Part shown: in pieces, positions 44,958-52,312 of the stretch
Layout: the number at the start of each line of letters is the position of its first letter
Position numbering within the stretch: position 1 is the first letter of the stretch
From: Candidatus Poribacteria bacterium
GTDB lineage: Bacteria > Poribacteria > WGA-4E > PCPOR2b
Direction: 5' to 3'
NCBI GenBank assembly: GCA_965208675.1
Contig: OZ242351.1
Span: 4,828,039-4,892,038, forward strand
DNA: 64,000 nucleotides
Made by a program: the position numbers and the translations under genes
Notes under the pieces: generated by a model
What the model was told of the DNA's origin: nothing
Database searches by the model: none
The model's input: the letters and a program-made list of their open reading frames with translations, nothing else

Positions 44958-46712
44958 TCACCCATGCACCGCGTCGTATGACGCATTTTTGGATGTCGCC
45001 GCTAAGTATTCAATTTTCCGTTTGTATACCTCAGTAACTGCTGCGGTTTGGGTGATTTGCTGCGCCCAAGCGCCTTCGGTAGCGTCGGGCGCGTCGAGGT
45101 ATTTGCTGGCGGGGAAGGCACAGAACCGATCCCAGAGTTCTTCAGACAATTCTCTGTTGAAGGCGAGCCAACCGTTTTGGATTGGGGCTTCCAGTGCTTC
45201 GATTCGATAATACTTGTTTTTGGTACGCGTGACAAATTGAAGGGGTTTGGTGACTTTTTTGGCTATGGATACCGCATCGTAGTGCCGCACGAAATTTTCT
45301 CGCATGTCGCCGTGCGTATCTACTAAAACTTCGCAACAGATGTGAAATTCGGGATTTCTGACTCTGGTGCTCATGAAGGATTGAATTGAGATATACGCCT
45401 CTAGCAAAGCTTCGATTTGCATTTGGCGATTGCCTCGATCCAGCCAGTCGCTGAACACATATCCGTATGCGTTGCCGGTGCCGTAATCGTCTTGATATCC
45501 ACCATCGGGCACCGGTTCCCAGACAATAGTAACCACGGCGGCGAATGCGTTGTCAATTTTCTTGTCATTCACGCCCGCCCAGTCGAGGAAGACCGTGGCA
45601 CCGCTTAGCTCGCCCCAGCCAACCAACCTTCCGTCGGAACGGCGGAATCCAGCCTCGGTGACATCAAATCGTATAGCTTCGTCCATGTTGAAGATTGCTA
45701 GCGAACGGTCTGCCGGAAAGTTTTGATATTCGCGAAGCACATTTGCATTACCTTCATCGAACGCTTTCTCGCGAAGGGCACGATAAGGCCATTTTTCGGG
45801 CCAGGTCTCAACGACGCCCTGGGTCATTTGTTTTTCGCGCTTACCGTAGAAATCGTCGAGTTTTTGCGCTCGCTGGAGTGGTTCTATAGACTTATCGATA
45901 AAGATTTTGCGGAAGTCTTCCCACAGATTCTCATAAGTCGGATGGATTAAAGTTGCCGGTTCTTCGATTGCACGTATGAATATAGTTTCCCAGCTTGCAC
46001 TGGCTTTCAATTGCATTGAGATAGCGTCCGAAGATTTAACGGTATCGACGTTGATGAAATTGGTGTAGTCATCGCCGCATTGCATGAGATCGCTATTCCA
46101 CCACCTACTATCTTTGATTACAATGTTGGGATTCATCAGCGCTTCAAAGTCGTCGATGTCGTCTGCGACGACGAGGGAGGGGCGCCAGCCTTTATAAAGT
46201 GCGCCGCGGATTTTTCCGCCGCGTCCCTGCGCCATCAGGCGTACGCCGTTCGCCGTCTCGGTACCGTCCATGCCCCAACACTTGCCCTTCAGCTCTGGGA
46301 ATTTTTGTTCGATGTAGTAGCGGATATCCTGAACACGATCGGCTGCAGTCGAATAGTTGCGGCTGACGATAAGAATGAATCGATCGCTCGTCACGCCGAT
46401 TGATTCGTAAAGCTCTTTGTACACAATACAGTGCAGCGGGTAGATGACCGCTAGGATGGTGCTTTTGGCAGATCCGCGCGGTGCGATAATATTGACTTTT
46501 TTCCCTCTCGCGCCAAACGGGATTGCGTTAAAGAACTTGTCGTGGTGTTTACCGAACCGTTTCCGCACGATTTCGGGAAACTCGAAATAGGTGAACACAC
46601 CGAGCGACCAGAAGCAGGCTACTTCGATATCGCCGCCGCTGAAATTCACTTTAACGATTAAATCGATTTCCTCCTTGACGGTCAAGCCGTCAAGCGCCGT
46701 TTTTATGTCCAT
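44958..46712 (-). CDS. Phage terminase large subunit-like protein
   Basis: Walker A APRGSAKST, GGKIRG, Walker B LVVADDID, REYQN, RNase H-like FLDWAG...DNAFAA...CCE...K..RIEALE...FP.SKYLDAPDA. Start placed at MDIKTA (46712), overlapping the upstream stop. Confidence 0.8.
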   Translation of the reverse strand: MDIKTALDGLTVKEEIDLIVKVNFSGGDIEVACFWSLGVFTYFEFPEIVRKRFGKHHDKFFNAIPFGARGKKVNIIAPRGSAKSTILAVIYPLHCIVYKELYESIGVTSDRFILIVSRNYSTAADRVQDIRYYIEQKFPELKGKCWGMDGTETANGVRLMAQGRGGKIRGALYKGWRPSLVVADDIDDFEALMNPNIVIKDSRWWNSDLMQCGDDYTNFINVDTVKSSDAISMQLKASASWETIFIRAIEEPATLIHPTYENLWEDFRKIFIDKSIEPLQRAQKLDDFYGKREKQMTQGVVETWPEKWPYRALREKAFDEGNANVLREYQNFPADRSLAIFNMDEAIRFDVTEAGFRRSDGRLVGWGELSGATVFLDWAGVNDKKIDNAFAAVVTIVWEPVPDGGYQDDYGTGNAYGYVFSDWLDRGNRQMQIEALLEAYISIQSFMSTRVRNPEFHICCEVLVDTHGDMRENFVRHYDAVSIAKKVTKPLQFVTRTKNKYYRIEALEAPIQNGWLAFNRELSEELWDRFCAFPASKYLDAPDATEGAWAQQITQTAAVTEVYKRKIEYLAATSKNASYDAVHG

Positions 46713-47307
46713 GATGTTCGCCTTCAATTCGATCAGAATCCGCATCGAGCGACGTGTTTTTCTCGGCTGCCGGCAGCGGAATGCTGGGGCTGTTTTCGGG
46801 GTAAAGCAGCCGCCACTCATCGCGGCGCTGCTCGAGATGGTTGCGGTCGTCGGCGGCTGTTGAGTCTTTGTTGTTTTCGGCCGGAACGGCGATTGATTGC
46901 AAGGCTTTGTGCATGTCCGATAGTGTCCTCATGAATGCGATTATGTCTTTGGGGGCACTCAATTCCATCGGCAAAATTTTGGTTGATTTTACAATTTCCG
47001 ATAGCTTCAAAAACCCGTCAAACATTAGCTCCGTGGCATGTCCGGCACCGGCTTCAATGAGTTGGTCTCGGTGTGTCCTAAAGTGCCCTTTTGTGTCCTC
47101 AAACCGGAGTTTCCATTTTTTTGAACACTTTACATGGTACGGGTTGCACGTCCGGATTGCGTTTTTTATTTGATGCCTCGGCGCAACATTCCAGTGCGGG
47201 TGGGTTGAAAGTAGATAATCGATGACGCGGGTCGTAGAGTAGCCGATTGCGTACAAATCGACAACGTCGGTTCGTTCTTCGTCGGTCAGTTTAATTTTTG
47301 CAGCCAT
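46690..47307 (-). CDS. Putative terminase small subunit / DNA-binding partner
   Basis: Directly upstream of and overlapping terL. N-terminal HTH-like segment (LTDEERTDVVDLYAIGYSTTRVIDYL), helical middle, AAGGAG RBS. Assignment is positional. Confidence 0.5.
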   Translation of the reverse strand: MAAKIKLTDEERTDVVDLYAIGYSTTRVIDYLLSTHPHWNVAPRHQIKNAIRTCNPYHVKCSKKWKLRFEDTKGHFRTHRDQLIEAGAGHATELMFDGFLKLSEIVKSTKILPMELSAPKDIIAFMRTLSDMHKALQSIAVPAENNKDSTAADDRNHLEQRRDEWRLLYPENSPSIPLPAAEKNTSLDADSDRIEGEHHGHKNGA

Positions 47308-47407
47308 GGTGTGCTCCTTGAAATTCAGTGGTAGGATTGAGAATCGAGGCTAGGAAGCCTCTCCCACAATCGAGTGAGTAAAATTGTGGTTGCAACGACC
47401 ACCGATC

Positions 47408-47446
47408 AAAAAAAAAGCGAGGGTGGACGCCGTACAGCGCCCTCGC
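47408..47446 (-). terminator. Intrinsic terminator in the leader upstream of the terminase pair
   Basis: Minus strand GCGAGGG...CCCTCGC followed by T9. Confidence 0.65.
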
Positions 47447-47592
47447 CTCGCCGTTAAACATATTTTAGTATTCCAGTTGAAACAGTAATGAGCAACTAAT
47501 ACTGACTCGTTACCGCTTCTCGCACACCCGCCGTAGAGTGTTGAGATTGATAACCGTTAGTTCAAATCCTCCATGTTTCGGGAATTTCCAAG

Positions 47593-47622
47593 ATTATGCG
47601 CAAAGGTTATTCAGGTTGTCAA
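47593..47622 (-). promoter_or_regulatory. Candidate promoter upstream of the terminase leader
   Basis: Minus strand TTGACA-18bp-CATAAT. Confidence 0.5.
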
Positions 47623-47774
47623 GAAAAAATGCATGGGTTTGCAAAAAAAGTTGATTATTGGTCAGAGGAGGGTGGTAATAGCATTTGCGGGGGTCTGGGG
47701 TGTGATTTGTGTGAATGAATGAATGATGGGCTATGATTGGGTGGTGGTGGTTTATCGTAGTTATGTGCGATTAA

Positions 47775-47815
47775 GAAACCGGGTTTTGAAGAAATAGTAT
47801 CAAATGACCTGATGA
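47775..47815 (+). repeat. Left inverted end
   Basis: GAAACCGGGTTTT-gaagaaata-GTATCAAATGACC-tgatga. Confidence 0.85.
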
Positions 47816-48018
47816 TAGTTGGAATGCGCGTGGTTATTGACTTCGAGCCATCATCAAATGAGCGAGTTAGGTTGGCTTAACTAGCCTATCCTTCAAGAAA
47901 TTCATTCGGTTTGGCTAGAAGCATGACAAAGTATATCAAAAAGGCTATCGCGTGCCAAGCCGATGCCAAAGAAAGAGACGTTGTTTTCCCAAGTCTAAGC
48001 AATAATAGGCGTATTCTG

Positions 48019-48912
48019 TCATTGCAAGTCTCCTGTAGGTTTGGAACTGGACGGCACGTTGTTATCTTTGTCGTCGTCCAAGTTTGCGTTGATGTCATTG
48101 AGCGAATGTTGAGGAATAAGGTCGAGATATTGAGAAATGACGCGCTTGGAAAGTTTGGTAATCTGAGAGATTTTGTCAATATCATCAGTAGCGGTGCGAA
48201 CAATCTTAACCGACTCATAATCACGGATGTATCGGTCAACAGCTTCTTTGGAGTGCTTGGTCTTAGCCGCAATGGTTGGCGTCAGATACCCTTGTAGATA
48301 AAGGGTGATAATCTCTTTCTTGTGGGTAATTGCTGCTGACAAATCGTGAATGTTGCCGCGGGTGGGCAAGATTTTTCCACTGGTGCTTTGCCACTCATTG
48401 ACATACGCACTGACCACCGGGTCTCGGACGTTGAGCAACACAGCCAGGTCTAGTTGAGTCAACAATGCCCCTTGGTCATAGGCTTGATAACACCATCGCA
48501 CCAATCGATGAATTCTGAGTTCACGAGAGCTGAAGCCGCTGTAATAGTGTTCAATGTCCTCGGGGGCGAGAAAGCTTAAAACCACAGGTTTCATGCGGGT
48601 TTTAACGATTGACTTGGCTTTCTGTGGATATTCGTCAATCGGTACAGCCATCCAAACCAGTTGACCATAGCTAAGCAGTCGTTCGTTAGGGAGTTGTTCG
48701 CCGGAGGCTAGTTTATCAAGTGGCAAGCGAATCAGGAAATAGTCCTCAATGGTTTTGACGATGTCATCGACAATGGCTTTGGCAGTCACTTCGCCTTTGT
48801 CATACCCATAGGAATTGATAAAGCGATGAATCAGCAACTGCCGCAACGATTTATCATTGATACGTCTGATTTTCTTCTCGTTGATTTGGGTTCGCGTCAA
48901 TGATTTACTCAT
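48019..48912 (-). CDS. DUF1670-like protein B
   Basis: RLVRWCYQAYDQGALLTQLDLAVLL...PTRGNIHD...THKKEIITLYLQGY...KHSKEAVDRYI. Confidence 0.8.
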   Translation of the reverse strand: MSKSLTRTQINEKKIRRINDKSLRQLLIHRFINSYGYDKGEVTAKAIVDDIVKTIEDYFLIRLPLDKLASGEQLPNERLLSYGQLVWMAVPIDEYPQKAKSIVKTRMKPVVLSFLAPEDIEHYYSGFSSRELRIHRLVRWCYQAYDQGALLTQLDLAVLLNVRDPVVSAYVNEWQSTSGKILPTRGNIHDLSAAITHKKEIITLYLQGYLTPTIAAKTKHSKEAVDRYIRDYESVKIVRTATDDIDKISQITKLSKRVISQYLDLIPQHSLNDINANLDDDKDNNVPSSSKPTGDLQ

Positions 48913-49709
48913 GAGTGCTCCCCCTTTTTTTCATCAACGGGTTCAGGACGAAGTAAAGTCGTCATTCGCTCTGTATGTTTGTATTCATCATACAGGGCTA
49001 GGTACTCACGAATCAATCGGTCAGAGAGATGGGTGATGAGCCGTATCTGTTCCTTTGGAAAGTCTTGATGATGGAGCGTTGCTACCTGAGTGAAATTACG
49101 CAAGTATCGCAACACGGCGCGTTCGGTATGGTTCGTCTTTCGCTCAATGTCAGTGAATTGATAGCCTTTAAAGTACAGTTCTAGGATTTGGGTTTTATGA
49201 GAAATGCCGGGGCCCATGTCGTGCTTGGCGCCGCGAGTCATTACAAAGAACCCTTGCTGTTTCAACTGTCGGATATCGCGTTTGACGGTCGCCGGGCTGG
49301 AGGTTAATAGCACGGCTAAATCTTCATAGCTGAGCAAAGCGTCTTGTTCATAGGCTTGTTTGGTTAACCGTAAGATTCGATGTCGTCTGAGTGCTGCAAG
49401 TCCATTGTTGGCTAACACCTCAAGGTCGGTGTGCACATCATTGAGGGTGAGTTGGCAGGAGACCTTTTTGGCTAAGGCGATGTGTTTACCTGCGGGTTCG
49501 TCGGCGGCTACGGCTTCATAGCAGATTTGGCCTGATGTGAGTTTGATATCGGCGTGTTGGGCAAAGTAGGAAGAAATCTGATTATAGTAGGCTTCGGCAA
49601 GAATAGGCATCAGATTGAAGTCTGACGCAATCTTCTGAATAATTGCCGCTCTCGCCGTCTTTGATTCCAGACGATTGATACCGTAGTTTGAATGACGTTG
49701 TGGTTTCAT
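48909..49709 (-). CDS. DUF1670-like protein A
   Basis: RILRLTKQAYEQDALLSYEDLAVLL...MTRGAKHDMG...SHKTQILELYFKGY...NHTERAVLRYL. GGAGG RBS before ATG 49709; ATGA overlap with protein B. Confidence 0.8.
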   Translation of the reverse strand: MKPQRHSNYGINRLESKTARAAIIQKIASDFNLMPILAEAYYNQISSYFAQHADIKLTSGQICYEAVAADEPAGKHIALAKKVSCQLTLNDVHTDLEVLANNGLAALRRHRILRLTKQAYEQDALLSYEDLAVLLTSSPATVKRDIRQLKQQGFFVMTRGAKHDMGPGISHKTQILELYFKGYQFTDIERKTNHTERAVLRYLRNFTQVATLHHQDFPKEQIRLITHLSDRLIREYLALYDEYKHTERMTTLLRPEPVDEKKGEHS

Positions 49710-49766
49710 AATGACCTCCATGGATTCATGGTGATTGATGGAAATACCATCTGTTATCAGTTTAGC

Positions 49767-49807
49767 TCATGGGGTCATTTGATACAAACTATAAAAAACT
49801 CGGTTTC
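49767..49807 (-). repeat. Right inverted end
   Basis: tcatgg-GGTCATTTGATAC-aaactataa-AAAACTCGGTTTC (plus strand). Confidence 0.85.
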
Positions 49808-50747
49808 AAATAAATGTCGCGACTCGGAAATCGCTCTTACAGGGGGTGATTTCTACATTCCAGACGATAGGATTCTGCGCTTGACCCAACATACAAGAAT
49901 TCTTCTTAATCGACATCCCCAAGTACCACCGCCTGAATTGGGGTTTATGTTTCACCTGCCGCCATTGCCTTCCGCCAATGCGACTAACACTAAATTTTCA
50001 TAGTTAACTCCTCTGTCCACTTGCACGCTAACTAACCGGAGATCGGTTTTAGACTGAATTCACTCCGTTTTTGGATTTAATCAAACTCTCAAGATACATC
50101 GGAAAACTATGAAATTTTTACAGAATCGAAATTAAACATTACATAACCGCTCTCGTTTTTGAAACATTTACCTAAGGTGCATTTGTAATAGCTTTATCGT
50201 TGGATTTCACGAGTCCACTCAACCATCCTACAAAGATTGTCTGAACTGTGATTAATATGATTCAATGAACACGGCTCGGCGCCGCTTGAGAGATTATTTC
50301 AACTATTACAACCGAGAGCGGTCACATCAATCGCTCGAATACCGTACACCTTACGAGGTGTATTTTCACTAACTTCAGGCGTTTAAGTTTGACCAGAATT
50401 AGTCGGATTTTATTACTTAAATCTCGTTAGTTGCTGTCTAAAGGATGGGGGTAAGTAATGATTGAGAATCGTGCGTTGTAGAATTGCCGAAACCTTTTGT
50501 TAAACTTCATTCAGATTGTGGAAGTAGCAAATTAACAGTTTGCGATACTGAAGTGCGAGCGAGTATGAGGGTAAATCGACTCTTCCGCCGGATTAGGCAT
50601 TTAACCAATCTATGTATGTTCGAACGTATGTTCGAACCCTCGCAATCTTGAGAAGCGTTGGGTTAAGGACAAATCTATCGCTGTAGATTTCTATCGAACT
50701 TCCAATTTGGTCATCTGATTTCATTCGCTCAGAAGTCTCGCCCCGGC

Positions 50748-51341
50748 TTATGTTGTTCGTTTATTAATTGAATATTGGTCAGCACTGCCGTTAAATTGGT
50801 TCATCGCCGTCTGGATGCCGCAGGAGATTAGTGTTTCGACCGCGTCCGCAGCACGGTGAAGCATATGATCTATTTCCTGCCTCTCCGCCGGCAAGAATTC
50901 ACTGAGAACGTAATCGACCCAGTGGTCATTTTCGGGCTTGCCGATGCCTATTCGCATGAGTGCAACTTCCTGCGTGTTTAGCAGGTTTTGAATTGATTTG
51001 ATTCCCTTGTGTCCACCGTCGCTGCCAGAGCGGCGAATGCGAAGCACGCCGATGTTTAAATGGAGGTCATCAAAAACTACACACAAATCCTCCAAAGCGA
51101 TGCCAAATTGGTGAACCATCTCGCTAACGGCGCGTCCGCTATGGTTCATGTAGGTCAGCGGTTTGGCAAGGAGGGCCTCACTTCCCTGTAATTCAGTTTT
51201 CGCTACGAGAGATTGACACATATTTTGCAAATTGGTCGTTCGCGTCCGCTGTAACAGTTCATCAATGACTCGAAACCCGATATTATGGCGGGTGTTTTTG
51301 TAGCGTTGACCGGGATTCCCTAGTCCAACAATTAACTTCAT
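50748..51341 (-). CDS. pth: Peptidyl-tRNA hydrolase
   Basis: LIVGLGNPG, TRHNIGF, KPLTYMN.SG, GGHKG, RIGIG. Confidence 0.96.
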   Translation of the reverse strand: MKLIVGLGNPGQRYKNTRHNIGFRVIDELLQRTRTTNLQNMCQSLVAKTELQGSEALLAKPLTYMNHSGRAVSEMVHQFGIALEDLCVVFDDLHLNIGVLRIRRSGSDGGHKGIKSIQNLLNTQEVALMRIGIGKPENDHWVDYVLSEFLPAERQEIDHMLHRAADAVETLISCGIQTAMNQFNGSADQYSINKRTT

Positions 51342-51462
51342 GCTCGGATAGCCTATTTTTTTCGGCAGTCTTCAATTCAGCCAAGGGCGGCGGTGCGGCA
51401 GGCCGCGGCGAAATTATGCTAATATGTCATCTTATGGTGGATAACGATTTGAAATTCCGTTA

Positions 51463-51591
51463 GAACCTGTTTGAAAAATCCAAAACCGTCTTCCGGACGA
51501 GCCATTTTGGGGTAAATGCGTTGAAATTCCGATGATTATTGCCCGGAAATGACCAAACAACGGCTATGCTACATACTTTTCAAACAGGTTC
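51463..51591. mobile_element. 129-bp MITE with 15-bp perfect TIRs and TTA duplication
   Basis: TTA|GAACCTGTTTGAAAA...TTTTCAAACAGGTTC|TTA; no ORF inside. Confidence 0.8.
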
Positions 51592-51687
51592 TTAATACGC
51601 CGTGATGCAGCGGAGAAAAATTTGCCGGAATTTCAGTTTGAGAAGATTGCATCGTCACGTGCTGCCGCGGTACAGTCGAAGGGTTTT

Positions 51688-52308
51688 CTAGCGCGAATCC
51701 GCGGTCAAATCTTCCGACGGCAATTGGCGCGGTGGAGCAAGGGCGAGGGGATGTGATATATCTATGTGTCCGGCAATCGTAACCACCTGTTGCCCTTCAA
51801 TGAGGATTTGCACGTATTGAATCTCATTAGGGAAATTGGCGAAAACCGTTTGTAAAATGGTTTTTATGGTCGCTATTTCTGCTGTTGTGCCGCCGATGTG
51901 CGCGTCTGTCAGATGGCGGGAGAAATCTAGATAGGCAATGGATTCGGCATCAATATAAACTTCATGAAGAATTGCACCGGAAGGAATGGTGTTCTTCAAG
52001 CCGTGGCCGGAGCCGCTGATTAATGCGCTGATGATTTGCTTCAGCCGATCGGGGAGTTCGGTAGACAGATGCAACGCCCTTTTTTCGCGGACAAGTTTGA
52101 GAGATTCAACATCTAGGAAAAAAAGACTGACTTCCTGACGGGGAAGTTCAGCGCCGGAAGGATCTTGTACCCGCGTCTGTTGAAGAACCATCGGTATCAA
52201 TTCAGGGTCTTTAGGATGCAACACGGCAATCGAAATAGCCGTAACGATTATGACTACGGCTCCAATTGCGATTCCGGTAAGCACCTTGAAATTTCTTTTT
52301 TCACCCAT
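51688..52308 (-). CDS. GerMN domain protein
   Basis: N-terminal TM; LISG...TIPSG..LHEVYI...AYLDFS...GGTTAE...VQILIEG...TIAGHIDISHP. Confidence 0.85.
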   Translation of the reverse strand: MGEKRNFKVLTGIAIGAVVIIVTAISIAVLHPKDPELIPMVLQQTRVQDPSGAELPRQEVSLFFLDVESLKLVREKRALHLSTELPDRLKQIISALISGSGHGLKNTIPSGAILHEVYIDAESIAYLDFSRHLTDAHIGGTTAEIATIKTILQTVFANFPNEIQYVQILIEGQQVVTIAGHIDISHPLALAPPRQLPSEDLTADSR

Positions 52309-52312
52309 GGTT

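Larger units (their letters stand above)
47775..49807 (-). mobile_element. Candidate two-gene DUF1670 mobile element with inverted ends (inner limits 47797-49785)
   Basis: 41-bp imperfect inverted repeats (47775-47815 and 49767-49807, 32/41 identical, including a perfect 13-bp GTATCAAATGACC) enclose only two paralogous ORFs. Confidence 0.75.

Noticed and set aside
47886-48297. Two 128-aa ORFs overlapping DUF1670 protein B, as a possible third element gene
   Set aside because: Alternative-frame or antisense overlaps with no RBS or motif.
44958-49807. A complete prophage
   Set aside because: No portal, capsid, tail, lysis or integrase genes and no att direct repeats seen; tRNA-Pro and tRNA-Gln 3' ends do not appear duplicated.
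47765-49820. Target-site duplication around the DUF1670 element
   Set aside because: Outer flanks (..CGATTAA / AAATAAA..) and inner spacers (gaagaaata / aaactataa) share no convincing direct repeat.
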